Assembly (NCBI GenBank): GCA_963823665.1
Contig: CAWGMQ010000003.1
Location: 128,001 to 192,000, forward strand
DNA length: 64,000 nt
Direction: 5' to 3'
Source: an uncultured Planctomycetota bacterium
Lineage (GTDB): Bacteria; Planctomycetota; Planctomycetia; Isosphaerales; Isosphaeraceae
Shown here: positions 35,504 through 46,560 of the stretch, one piece after another
Numbering within the stretch: the stretch's first letter is position 1
How the letters are laid out: each line of letters opens with the position of its first letter
Notes under the pieces: model-generated
Databases searched by the model: none
The model's input: only the letters and a program-made list of their open reading frames with translations
What the model was told of the DNA's origin: nothing
Program-made: the position numbers and the translations under genes

Positions 35504-36784
35504 CACGGCTGTTGACAGATTGAGCCTGAGGCAGATAGGAAAGGTTCTATCGGTATGGAAACCGCCCACACCAAGGATTTTCGGCATGGAGGCATCGCAT
35601 GGAAGCCCAAACCACCGGCAGTCTTCTTTCCTTTCTTGCCGTTGTTCCCGATCCTCGCAGTCGGCATGGCCGACAACATCCGCTGTCGGCCATTCTTGCG
35701 TTGGTGTGTTGTGCCGTCATGTGTGGTGCGAAGAGCTATTCTGCCATTGCGCAATGGGCACGGGACCAAGACATCGGGCTGATGCATCGACTTGGCTTCA
35801 CTCGCAGACCTCCGAAGATGGGCGGCATTCGCAAGGTTCTGATCGCATTAGACCCAAAGGCCTTCGAGGACGCTCTGAGCCGGTGGGCCGAATCGTTGCT
35901 GGACCGTCCAGTCTCAAGCGAGCCTTCGCCGCCGGAAGCTTTTGCTCTCGATGGCAAGACAGCTCGTGGCAGCTTCGACGGCCTCGAGAAGGCGGTCCAC
36001 CTGCTCTCCTTGGTAGCGCACGAGTCGGGATTAACGTTGGCTCAGACACAGGTCCCCAACGGCGGCGAAAACAAGACCAACGAGCACAAGACAGCTCTTC
36101 AGTTGCTCCGAGGTATCGTTCTGGAGGGGCGAGTGGTAACCGGCGACGCCATGTTCTGCCAGCGTGATCTTTCCCAGCAGGTCATCGATGCACGCGGCCA
36201 CTACTTTTGGTTTGTGAAGGACAACCAGCCGACGCTCCTCAACGATATTAAGGCCGCCTTCGACGCATCAACCGAGGCGGCTTTTTCCCCCTAAACAGCG
36301 ACGAATCTGGGAACAGGCGCAGGACACGACCACGAGCATAGACAAGGGCCATGGTCGTCGTGAACGCCGCACCTTGAAGGCAACGACAGCATTGAATGAG
36401 TATCTGGATTGGCCCGGCGTGGCTCAGGTCGGGCAGATTGAGAGTGTGGTTGAGCAAGGCGGAGAGGTTTCAAACGAGACTCGCTATTTCATTACCAGCG
36501 TTCCCCGCGCTCTCGGCAACGCCAGCCATTTGCTTGCTTGGGGACGGGGCCACTGGTCCATCGAGAATCGATCCCACTACGTGCGTGACGTCACGTTCGC
36601 CGAGGATAAGAGCCGAATCCGCAAGGGGTCCGGTCCGGAAATCATGGCTGCGCTGCGTAATGCAGCGATCGGATTCCTTCGAATCACTGGCGCGACCAAC
36701 ATCGCCGAGTCCGTTCGTCGCAATGCTTCCCAAGTCCGAACGCTCTTCGCCAAACTGGGTATCCTCAATTAGTCAACAGCCCTG
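35504..36784 (+). mobile_element. ISAs1-family insertion sequence with 10-bp target duplication
   Basis: IRs CACGGCTGTTGAC / GTCAACAGCCCTG; ATATTCGCGG at 35494-35503 and 36785-36794. Confidence 0.95.
35599..36772 (+). CDS. ISAs1 transposase in two frames (+1 shift at TTTTTCCCCCTAA, ~36282-36294)
   Basis: VPDPR, ALDGKTARGS, TGDAMFCQ, VKDNQP | DKGHGRRERR, HWSIEN.SHYVRDVTF.ED. Confidence 0.9.
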
Positions 36785-36905
36785 ATATTCGCGGCATGCG
36801 GCTTGCATCTCAATCCGTTTCATGGTCGAATCGGGCGTAGGTGTCGTCAACCTCCGATCGATCAACTCAGCTCGTGAAGTTAAGCATTCAGCCGCCGAGG
36901 CCCCC

Positions 36906-37157
36906 ATGAAAACCGAATTGACCCGGGTGATCGTGGCGCACAGCGGGAGTTCATCGACGTTCGTGGTTCATCACCGTGAGTTCCCCGAGATACGGGCCGA
37001 GGGCGGCTCGCCCCGGGAAGCGGCGTCGCACCTTGTGAACAAGCTGGCCTGCGCGCTGGATTCCGCGCTCACCGACTGGCGCCGCGAGGCGGTCGATCAC
37101 GCGATTGCGGACGTCAAGGCGTTCGAGGCACAGAAGGAAGACGTCGCAAGCCCGTGA
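36906..37157 (+). CDS. Small hypothetical protein
   Basis: VHHREFPEIRAEGGSPREAA; stop overlaps the next gene start (GTGA). Confidence 0.65.
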   Translation: MKTELTRVIVAHSGSSSTFVVHHREFPEIRAEGGSPREAASHLVNKLACALDSALTDWRREAVDHAIADVKAFEAQKEDVASP

Positions 37158-38647
37158 CCACTGAAACGACGAGCCAAAAATCTCAGGCAAGCTCGCTGGT
37201 GCGCGAGCTGGGCACGATCGACGCGACGATGATCGTCGTGGGCTCGATGATCGGCTCGGGTATATTCATCACGTCCGCCGAGTCAGCCAGGCTGGTCGGA
37301 ACGCCCGGTTGGCTGCTGGCGGCGTGGGCAGTGGCGGGCGTCATGACGGTCTGCGGCGCGGCCACGGCGGCCGAGATCGCCGCCATGATGCCGCGCGCCG
37401 GCGGTCAGTACGTCTTCCTGCGCGATACCTACTCGCCCCTATTCGGGTTTCTGTTCGGCTGGGCGATGTTTCTGGTCGTCCAGACCGGGACGATCGCTGC
37501 GGTGTCCGTCGCTTTTGCGAAGTTCCTCGGCGTCTTTCTCCCGGGCATTGCCGCGGACGTGTATATCGTCGCGCCGATCCGTCTGGGGCGATTTGCGGTG
37601 AGCCTGTCGAGCCAGCAGATTGTCGCCGTTGCACTGATCGTTGGCCTCACTGCAATCAACATGATGGGGCTCAAGTTCGGCAAATGGATCCAGAACTCAT
37701 TCACCTTCACCAAGACCGCAGCGCTCTTCGGATTGATCGTTGTCGGCATCTTGTTCGGAACGAACCGGGAAAGTGCCGCGTGGACTTCGTCGTGGTGGGA
37801 TGCGCCCGCTAACGGTTGGTCGGCGGAGACGGCCCTCAAGGGTCTGGGCATCACTGGGGGAACTGCTCTCCTGCTCCTGTTTGGCAAAGCGATGATCGGG
37901 CCGCTTTTCTCGCAATCGGCCTGGAACAACGTCACCTTTACCGGCGGCGAGATCAAGGAACCCGAGCGAGTTCTGCCGCGCGCGATGATCCTGGGCACCT
38001 TCTCGGTTGTCGTTCTTTATCTTCTGGCGAACGTTGCCTATGTGCTGACGCTTGGGCTCGCCGATATTCAGAATGCTCCGGAGAAGCGGGTCGGCACGGC
38101 GGTGATGCAGGCGATCTTCGGTGAGCCGGGCGCGAAGGTGATGGCCGCGGCGATCCTGATTTCGACTTTCGGATGCGTGAACGGGCTGGTGATGGCCGGA
38201 GCGCGAATCTATTTCGCGATGGCTCGCGACGGGCTGTTCTTCAAAAGCATTGCGCGCGCGAACCGTTTTCATGTACCGGGCTGGGCGCTGGCCGCTCAGT
38301 GCGTATGGACCGTTTTGCTCGTTTTGCCCGCGGGAAACCTGTACAACGATCTGCTTGAGTACGTCATTCCCGTCGACGTGACGTTTTATACGCTGATGGT
38401 GGTGGCCGTCATCGTGTTGCGATTCCGAGCGCCGCTTGCCGCGCGGCCGTACCGCACGATTGCCTACCCGCTGCCGCCGATCCTGTACATCGCCCTGGCG
38501 GTGTTGCTCGTCGTCGACTTCATTTATTTAAACCCCGAGACTTCCGGAATCGGGTTCTTGATCGTGCTCGCGGGGATACCTGTGTACTTGATCTGGTCGC
38601 GGTGGGGGGCGGGAACGGGCGTACGCGACGCTTCGAGCATTGGTTGA
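37154..38647 (+). CDS. APC-family amino acid permease
   Basis: GSMIGSGIF, MPRAGGQYVFL, about 12 TM helices. Confidence 0.93.
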   Translation: MTTETTSQKSQASSLVRELGTIDATMIVVGSMIGSGIFITSAESARLVGTPGWLLAAWAVAGVMTVCGAATAAEIAAMMPRAGGQYVFLRDTYSPLFGFLFGWAMFLVVQTGTIAAVSVAFAKFLGVFLPGIAADVYIVAPIRLGRFAVSLSSQQIVAVALIVGLTAINMMGLKFGKWIQNSFTFTKTAALFGLIVVGILFGTNRESAAWTSSWWDAPANGWSAETALKGLGITGGTALLLLFGKAMIGPLFSQSAWNNVTFTGGEIKEPERVLPRAMILGTFSVVVLYLLANVAYVLTLGLADIQNAPEKRVGTAVMQAIFGEPGAKVMAAAILISTFGCVNGLVMAGARIYFAMARDGLFFKSIARANRFHVPGWALAAQCVWTVLLVLPAGNLYNDLLEYVIPVDVTFYTLMVVAVIVLRFRAPLAARPYRTIAYPLPPILYIALAVLLVVDFIYLNPETSGIGFLIVLAGIPVYLIWSRWGAGTGVRDASSIG

Positions 38648-38893
38648 AGTCGGGATTGGTTCGGTTGGCCTTTCGTCTCTCGCATCGCATGTTTAATTGG
38701 CTAGCATGGGCTGATCTGGCTCAAATCAAGACTCGAAGCGGCCCGTCTGCTACAATCCATCCAGCCACCTGTTTGACGCAAAGTGGTTCGTACGTGAGCT
38801 TGTTTGCGGGGGGGTTAGTGGAATGATCAAACCGTGAGGACCCAAGGCTAAGCAGCAAAAGCCGAAGCAGGCGGTGAGGTACCCGTATAAACC

Positions 38894-40908
38894 ATGATCA
38901 TAAGCTGGAACTGGCTCACCGATTACCTGAAGCTCGACATGCCCGTCGAGGCATTGACCGAGCGGCTGGCCTTGTCCGGGCTGAACCTCGAGTCGATCTC
39001 GGACGTCGGCGGCGACATCGCAATCGATCTCGAAGTGACGAGCAACCGCCCGGACTGCCTGGGGCACCTGGGCGTCGCGCGAGAGATCGCCGTTCTATTT
39101 AACAAGGATCGCTGCGTTCCGGACCCACGGCCGCCGGTTTCGGGCCCGGCGGCCGAGGCGTGCACTGGAGTCGCCGTTCTGGACGACGTCCTCTGCCCGC
39201 GGTTCACCGCCCGGGTGATCTCGGGCGTGAAGGTGGGTGAGAGCCCCTGGTGGATGCGCAAGAGGCTGGAGACGATCGGTGTGCGGCCGATCAGCAATCT
39301 TGTCGACGTGACCAACTATGTGATGTTTGAATGCGGGCAGCCGCTGCACGCGTATGACCTTGAGCGCCTTGGCCGAGCACCGGCTGGTCGTGCGGCGGGC
39401 TCAGAAGGGCGAAACGCTGCTGGCGATCAACAATAAGGTGTACGAGCTGAGCCCAGAAATGCTCGTGATCGCCGATGCAACCAGGCCGGTCGGGCTGGGT
39501 GGAGTGATGGGGGGGGCGGATACCGAGATCTCGGGCAAGACCACTCAGGTGCTGGTCGAAGCGGCCCAGTTCGATCCGATCTCGGTGCGGCGGACGTCGC
39601 GCGCTCTCGGCTTGTTCAGCCCGTCGAGCTTCCGCTTCGAGCGCGGGCTCGACCCCGATTTCACCGACTGGGCGAGCCGGCGGGCCTGCGAGCTGATCTT
39701 GAAAATTGCCGGCGGGACTCTGCACCCCGGATCAATCGACACCGGCGGGCGCCGTCCGGAGCGGCCGGTGATCCAGTTGCGGCTGCCCCAGATCGAGCGC
39801 GTGCTCGGAATCGACATCGATCGGGCAAAGGTCGTGCGGATCCTACAGGCACTGGGGCTCGCAGAGGAGTCGCACAATGGCACGACCTTGAGCTTCCGCC
39901 CGCCTGCATGGCGTAACGACCTGGAGCGTGAGATCGACTTGATCGAAGAGGTGGCGAGGATTCACGGCTACGAACATATTCCCGAAGACCGGCCTGTGGC
40001 GGTTTCGAGCTCGCCGCGGGGTCTTCGCGAGCGGGTCGAGTCGGCCGTGCGCCAGGTGCTTTCCGGAGCGGGATTCGATGAAGCGGTGACGGTGAGCTTG
40101 GTGGAAGAGCGCCTGGCCGTCCCAGTGCGTCCGGGCCCGCCGGCCGCGCCGCTTTCGGTCGATCATTCGAGCCGGAAGCGGGAATCCGCCCTGCGGCAGA
40201 GCGTGATTCCCAGCTTGCTGGCCGCCCGGGTGCACAACGAGACGCACGGGCAAGCGGATGCCGATCTATTCGAGATCGCGAATGTCTACCTGGCCCGGCC
40301 CGGCAGCGCCCTGCCGGTTGAGCCGACGCACCTTGCGCTCGTCCGGCGGCGATTTCCGCGGAATGAAAGGCGTGATCGAAGGATTGTTGGAAGGGCTGCA
40401 CATGAAAAAGCCACTTTCGGCCCGGCCTGCCGAGATCGGCTTTTTCGCCGCGGGCCGCTCTGCGGAGCTCACAATGGGCGAGGAACACCTGGGATACCTC
40501 GGTGAAATCGACGCCGCCGTGCTTTCGCAATTCGAGCTTCGCGGAAAGTGTGTGGCGGCGGAGATCGACTTCGACGTCCTATTGAAGCAAGCGAACCTGG
40601 TGGCACAGCAACGGCCGCTGCCTCCTTATCCGGCCGTCGCTCGCGACCTTTCGCTGGTGGTGGACCGGGCTCTGGGATGGGGCGAGCTGCGCGAAGCCGT
40701 AGCTGGAACGGCAGGCTCGACCCTGGAGGCGGTGACGTATCTGGACACGTTTCGGGGCGGAAACCTTCCGGAAGACAAGCAAAGCGTGCATTTCAACATG
40801 GTTTTTCGTCATCCCGAGCGGACACTCACAGGCGAGGAAGTCGAGCGGGCCGTGAAGTCGGTGGTCGAGGCATGCGAGCGGCGCTTCACGGCAAAGCTTC
40901 GAACCTGA
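38894..40908 (+). CDS. pheT: Phenylalanine-tRNA ligase beta subunit without the B2 OB domain (frameshifts near 39360 and 40340)
   Basis: MIISWNWL, TSNRPDCLG, QPLHAYD, RFERG, DLIEEVARIHGY, RDLS, ERTLT across three ORFs. Confidence 0.95.
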
Positions 40909-40948
40909 TCACCGAGAACGAGGGCCGGGAGGCGCGGAGGGTTGCGTG

Positions 40949-42520
40949 ATGAGCCCACTCTGGCGATGGCGATCGTGGGTCCTGGTTCTACTCCTGGTGG
41001 GGCCGGTGCTCGCTTATGTCGGCCTGGGGATGCTCTGGCTCTGGGAGCGCGGCTGGGTGGCATGCACGGTGGCGGCTGTGCTGTGGCTATTCGCGGGTGG
41101 AGTCTTCGCAATCCTGGCGTCGCGCTGGACAAAGACCTCACGACCGCTCCTTCCTCCGCTCGACTGGGATTCGCCCCATCTTTTTTCCCCACTCGATCGC
41201 GAAGGCTGGAAGCTCGTGCAGCTCGAGGCGGAGAAGGGCGAAAACCTGTCCTTCGACAGTCTGCTCGGAAGCGATACGTACATTGACACGGGCCGCACCT
41301 TGTTGAACCGCATCGCCAAACACTATCGTCCGTTCACAAGCGAGCCGCTCGACGACGTTCCGCTGGTCGAGCTGATGACGGCCCTCGAGCTTGCCGCCGA
41401 GGATCTCTCGGGAATGTGCCGGCAGATTCCCGGCGGCGACATGATCGCACTTTCGCACTGGCGGCGGGCTGTGCAAGTCGCGGGCTACATCAACCGGGCA
41501 AACGACCTGTACTCATTCGTGCTGCCGTTCCTCAATCCCGTGACGGGGCTCACCCGCTTAGGAACACGCGAGTGGGTTGTGAAGCCGGCGTGGAAGTCGA
41601 TGCAGCAGAATGTGCTGCGCTGGTTCTACCAGGCATATGTCAACCGCCTGGGCATGCACCTGATCGAGCTCATGAGCGGCCGCCTGGCGATCGGGGCTCA
41701 TCACTACCGCCGGCTGACCAAACGCCCGCGCATGGGGTCGGGCGGGGTTCTGGGCGAAGACATCAAGCCGCTGTCCATCGCGGTGGTCGGGGCAACGGGC
41801 GCGGGGAAGTCTCGGTTGATCAAGTTGATTCAGGACGCCTGCTCGGGCGAGATGCATCTGATCAAGGCGAAGGTTGCGCCGCTGTGCCTCGAGCCGTCGC
41901 TGCTTGACCGGCTCAAGGAGGCGCGGTGGATTGAATCACCGGGATATCCTGGCGCGAGTGTGGCTGAGAGCCGGCGAGGGAGGGCGCGGCGGCTCGCCGC
42001 GATCGCCGCGGCGGCAGACTCCGATCTTTGCATTCTGGTGATTGACGGATGCAACTCCGACCACTCAAACGACGTGGTGTTTGCCCAGGCCTGGGACCGA
42101 TGGTTTCAGGAACATCCCCAGCATGAAGTACCGCCCGCGCTCGTCGTCGTTACAGGCATCGATCGTCCCGACTTTGGCGGAACTTCGAACATCGCTCACG
42201 AGGAGGGTTTCACACCCGAGCGCCGCGAATCGCTGATCCGGGCTGAGCTCGAGTCGCTCAGGTCGATGCTTCCGCCGGCGTTTCACGAATACGCGGCGGT
42301 GGGCCTCGGCGCGGAGACGCCCGCCGCGGTGATCGAGCACGTCGTGCCCTCGCTCACACCTCTTCTACTCAAAGCGGAGCGGACGGCCCTCTTGCGCCGG
42401 CTGCACGAAGTCTCCAGTCGATCTCGCGTCGGCCGGCTCGTCCAGCAGATCGGGGAGCAGGGGCGATCGCTGTGGGGAAGCCTTAAGGCGCGAAGAAAAG
42501 CGGGAAGCGCGCCACGGTGA
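40949..42520 (+). CDS. Membrane-anchored P-loop GTPase-domain protein
   Basis: Two N-terminal TM helices; VVGATGAGKS; degenerate ESPG and TGID motifs. Confidence 0.75.
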   Translation: MSPLWRWRSWVLVLLLVGPVLAYVGLGMLWLWERGWVACTVAAVLWLFAGGVFAILASRWTKTSRPLLPPLDWDSPHLFSPLDREGWKLVQLEAEKGENLSFDSLLGSDTYIDTGRTLLNRIAKHYRPFTSEPLDDVPLVELMTALELAAEDLSGMCRQIPGGDMIALSHWRRAVQVAGYINRANDLYSFVLPFLNPVTGLTRLGTREWVVKPAWKSMQQNVLRWFYQAYVNRLGMHLIELMSGRLAIGAHHYRRLTKRPRMGSGGVLGEDIKPLSIAVVGATGAGKSRLIKLIQDACSGEMHLIKAKVAPLCLEPSLLDRLKEARWIESPGYPGASVAESRRGRARRLAAIAAAADSDLCILVIDGCNSDHSNDVVFAQAWDRWFQEHPQHEVPPALVVVTGIDRPDFGGTSNIAHEEGFTPERRESLIRAELESLRSMLPPAFHEYAAVGLGAETPAAVIEHVVPSLTPLLLKAERTALLRRLHEVSSRSRVGRLVQQIGEQGRSLWGSLKARRKAGSAPR

Positions 42521-42720
42521 TTGCCGAGCGCAGGGAAGTCGTTTTTTGCCCGCGACCGATTTCTCGGGGACGCCCCGCGTCGGTAGCTCCACCAGCCTCT
42601 CCACGGCAACCTCAACGTCGACACCCGTTCGCCCCTCCTTCGCCCTCCCTCCAGTTCGGGCCTGATTCAATCGCGCGGCTGCTCGAGTAACACGTTGCGC
42701 ACCCGTCCCGGCGACTACAC

Positions 42721-42776
42721 TAGCCCGAAGCGTAAGCGAGGGTTCCGGTTAATCTCGCTCACGCTTCGCCCTGGTT
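42721..42776. repeat. Planctomycete-type REP palindrome
   Basis: AGCCCGAAGCGTAAGCGAG...CTCGCTCACGCTTCG. Confidence 0.65.
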
Positions 42777-44224
42777 CGCGGGCGGTATTACCCGCAGTTG
42801 AACCAGGGCAAAAAAAAGTTTGCGAGGCCCCCGATTGTGCGCCACATGCGCCACAGCCTTGCGGCGCTTGGAGTTACGTGTGGCGCAGGTATAATCGGGC
42901 GCGCACGGAATCAACACAACGTCATGTCCTCCTGCGAGTTGCGTGTGGCGCAGGAATAATCGTTACGGCGCGCGTCGAGCGCGAGTCGCCTGACACTTCG
43001 TTCCGCGAAAGGCCATCGGCCATTCCTCCCGCCCTTGTGAGGAAGGTGCCGCCACAGACGAACGATGAACGCGGCGCAACGCCGCTACCGTGACCATCGA
43101 TTGAGTCCACCGCGTTGGGTTCGTTCGCGCAATTCAGCCACGTTGTCAAGTCGCGGTTCATGGGTGTTTTCGCGATCCAACCTTCACTCTAATTCCAAGT
43201 TACGCATCTCCAGCCACCTGAGCTCCTTGGGTTCGTTCGCGCATTTTCGCGCCCTGCTCAGAAATCCCGATGAAAAACCTCGGTCAAACATAGTGAACAG
43301 AACCCCTGCCGCACCGTGGCGCTCGGGTACGACCCGCGCCACGGTGTAGTCCAACTCCCGAAAAGCCCACCAGGTAATTCCGATCCCCTTGTGCTGCCCA
43401 AATTTGCGAAACGCCTCTCTCGCCCGTGAAAAGCTGCTGCCCCCCTCGAAACGTGGCGCAAAGTGGCGCATTCTGAAGGTTCTTGCAGCATCTGTACAGT
43501 GGTGTAAATCCCGCGATCCGTAGGGCGGGTGCAACCCACCGGCTCCCAGCACCTTTGGCATTCCTCCGCGCGTGGGCGAGTGGTGAAGACGTGCAATCCA
43601 CCACCCTCCACCGGCGTCGCCACTCCTCTTCCGCGGACCTACCGGCCCGATACCGAGTCCCCGGCGGCCGCTTCGCGCGTCCACGACGTGCGCACCCCAC
43701 CGCAAATGTTGCGATCGACAATGCCTCAAGGTGATCCAGCTCCAATTGAAAAAAATGACGGCATCCTCGGCCCTTACCCAGATGATCTACAAACGCCTCG
43801 AGCTGTTTGCGCAATAGATGTGGTATTCGTCCATTTCGACGAAAATTCCTCCGCCCTCCGCCGCCGCCCTCCGTCCTGATTTCCGTCCTCCGCCCTCAAG
43901 CTGTGTTGGGCGCGGGACTCTGATCCCGCCGGAATTGTTTCTGTGTTCGGCGCGGGTCTCCGACCTGACCGCCATTGTGACCGGAGGTCGACATGTTCGG
44001 CGCGGGGTGTATCCAGGAGTGGTACCCCATGTCGAACCAGGCCCAATTTCGTTTTGTATATTCGACGCGCGCCCTTTCCCCGCAAGGATTAAGGGAACGA
44101 AACCTCCGCCTCAGCTCGCCGATCTCCCGCGCCGACGAATAGACGCAAAGACGTCCAGTAGGTCGGGCTTCAGTCTGACGATCTCGCCGCGCGGCGCAAG
44201 CGCAAACGGCGATCCCACACCGTA

Positions 44225-44383
44225 AAATTCCGGGCTGACGTTCACGCACGCACGCCACGACCGTTATCCCCTCCGTAACACCAAAGGCGACTTGGATTTT
44301 CGACCTCATCAAAGGTCATTTACTCGTGGTAAGATTTGGTAATAAATGGTAATCCACGCGAGAAATTCTTGCTTCTCTCTCGC
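44225..44383 (-). repeat. Non-coding repeat family B, inverted copy
   Basis: Reverse complement aligns with 20749-20905. Confidence 0.85.
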
Positions 44384-44824
44384 TGCTCCGCGTTCTCGCC
44401 CCCGTTTGACGACAATGCAAATCGGCCTGAAAGGCCACAACAACACAGCCCAATGGCAACGCCTTGGGTTTCCGGTGCAACGCCGTGGGTTTCCGAGGCA
44501 CGCGCCCTGGGTATCCAGTCTCGCCCCGACTCCAGTGTCGGCGATCGAGATCCTGCTACATATATTATGCGACGGTTTTCCCGGATTTCACGATTTCGTC
44601 GACTAGAAAACTTGGAATTTTTTTCACGTCGTAACGGTTGCAACGACGAACTTGATCGAACCCCCCGGTTTGCGCACGATGCGGCTAAAGAGTCGGCAAA
44701 ACAGCGTCGCGATTCCCACATCCAGTTGGCCCGCTCCGACCAGCATGGCTCGCATTCGGCTTATCGCGATCGCGCCCATTCGCTAGCCTCCAAACTCACG
44801 AATTGACTTTTTTTTGAAAATCCG

Positions 44825-44859
44825 CGTAAGGCAAATCCGCCTCACTCGTATCTTCCTTA
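44825..44859 (+). promoter_or_regulatory. Conserved upstream motif, copy 1 (putative ECF sigma promoter)
   Basis: CGTAAGGCAA-N10-CTCGTATCTTCCTTA, blocks identical to 47781-47815. Confidence 0.7.
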
Positions 44860-44934
44860 TAGAGGCCCAGCGCTTCGGCCCACGCAACTTCGCCCGAACA
44901 CATCCCTGCGCTCCTCCGGCGAAAGATCCTTGCA

Positions 44935-46557
44935 ATGACAAGCCACGAGATCCACCCGGCGATCGGAATCGCGCGCCTCGGCTCAAGCGCGGTTCACTCG
45001 CCCGACGGTTTCTTCACCGGCCCCGAGCCCGACTCGCCCCCGCCCGCCAGTTACCGTGATCCATCAGGCGACCTCAAACGCCAAGCCGCCCGATTCCGCC
45101 TCTTCCAATGCGAGCGCGACGACCACGGCCGGCTCCTGCGAGCCGATGAGCAAACTCTCTCCGACGTGCAAACGCTCACCTGGACCGTCCACCTCGTCAA
45201 CCGCAAGGGAACCGCCCGTCGCCAGTATGGAACACGCCCCGGTTTCCGCAACAACTGGATCCGCGAACCCGACAAGGACTCGCCGCTCATCATCGATCCC
45301 GCGCCAAGATCGGTGAACGCCCCAGGTGAACGCCGGCAATTGGATACGGGCAAGTTTCGCACAACCCGCGTGCACCTCGGCGAGATCGAAATGGAGCCTT
45401 CCGGCCGACTCCTCGTCCTGGGCGGCCACGGCCGCTCCGGCTCCGACCCAGAACAGCCCAGGCTGACCGACCAATCCGGTCACTTCGCCGATAACGACAA
45501 CTGGTTCGACGACACCTCCGACGGACCAGTCACCGCTACGTTTGAGTTGCCGGACGGCACCACCAAGCAGGCCACGGCGTCGGTCGTCGTCGGCCCACCC
45601 GACTTCGCCCCCGGCATCACCAACCTCGTCACCCTTTATGACCTTCTCTTCGACCTGGGCGTCAAGCGCGGAATTCTGACGGCACCGACCGATTCACCAG
45701 GCTTCGTTTCATTCTCGCGCCACGTGCAGCCGATCCTCGCCCGCGCGATGGGATACCGTTGGGTCAACCGCCCCGCCGCATTTGGCTACGCAGGGAATGG
45801 CACCGGTCACTCATCCGGCGGCTCCGGCGATTTCGCGGCCCGGTGGGCTGCACTCGCTGATCCTTCGCCCGCTCACCAAGAGCTGCGCGAATCGATCGCC
45901 GGGCGCCTCCGCAACCCGGACCCGCGAGGCGTTCAGCCCTTCACGAATCCGCTCAACCTTCTGCCGCGCCTTTCCGACCACCAGTGGATAAACGATGGCC
46001 CCGACAATGTCCTCCCACTCACCACGACTCAGTATCGCATCATGCAGGCCTGGGCCGCCGGCGATTTCGTAAACGACCTCGGCCACGGTCGCCCGCTGGA
46101 AGAATCGACGCCGGACGCACTGACCCGCGTGGCCCTCGAGGCATGCGTCGGCGCGGCCCTTTTCCCGGGAATTGAGGTCAGCGGCTATATCATGAATTTC
46201 CCCGAAAGATTCACGGACGGCAACCCATTTCGGCTCTCGCACGACAGGGTCTTACCGGGCGAAGTCACTCAGTACAACGCCGTCCCCTGGCAAGCCGACT
46301 TCCAGCTCTGCAGTTGGCAGGAGACGCAGGGTATCCTCCCCAAACGCCTCGGCTGGTGGCCCGCTCAGCGCCCAGACGACGTCTTCCCAGCGGTCGGTGC
46401 CACCGAAATGCGACCGTGGGCACGCGGCCTGGGCCCCGATTTCCAGGACATGGTCGACAAGTGGCACCGCCTCGGCATCGTCGTCAACCGCGCCCCGCCC
46501 GGAGACCCGCCATTCTTCGTCGAAACCGAACGAGACTCCGATGCCCTCGGCCATTGA
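44935..46557 (+). CDS. LodA/GoxA-family CTQ-dependent amino acid oxidase
   Basis: IHPAIGIARLG, KRQAARFR, DNDNWFDDTSDGPV, PWQADFQLC, WWPAQRPDDV. Confidence 0.93.
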   Translation: MTSHEIHPAIGIARLGSSAVHSPDGFFTGPEPDSPPPASYRDPSGDLKRQAARFRLFQCERDDHGRLLRADEQTLSDVQTLTWTVHLVNRKGTARRQYGTRPGFRNNWIREPDKDSPLIIDPAPRSVNAPGERRQLDTGKFRTTRVHLGEIEMEPSGRLLVLGGHGRSGSDPEQPRLTDQSGHFADNDNWFDDTSDGPVTATFELPDGTTKQATASVVVGPPDFAPGITNLVTLYDLLFDLGVKRGILTAPTDSPGFVSFSRHVQPILARAMGYRWVNRPAAFGYAGNGTGHSSGGSGDFAARWAALADPSPAHQELRESIAGRLRNPDPRGVQPFTNPLNLLPRLSDHQWINDGPDNVLPLTTTQYRIMQAWAAGDFVNDLGHGRPLEESTPDALTRVALEACVGAALFPGIEVSGYIMNFPERFTDGNPFRLSHDRVLPGEVTQYNAVPWQADFQLCSWQETQGILPKRLGWWPAQRPDDVFPAVGATEMRPWARGLGPDFQDMVDKWHRLGIVVNRAPPGDPPFFVETERDSDALGH

Positions 46558-46560
46558 TCA

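Noticed and set aside
38894..40908. pheT pseudogene or programmed frameshifting
   Set aside because: Essential gene, no slippery motifs seen, and similar breaks occur in unrelated genes; sequencing error is more likely.
42600..44800. Protein-coding genes, tRNA or rRNA in this gap
   Set aside because: No ORF with convincing motifs and no cloverleaf or rRNA signature recognised; the region consists of REP-like and dispersed repeats.
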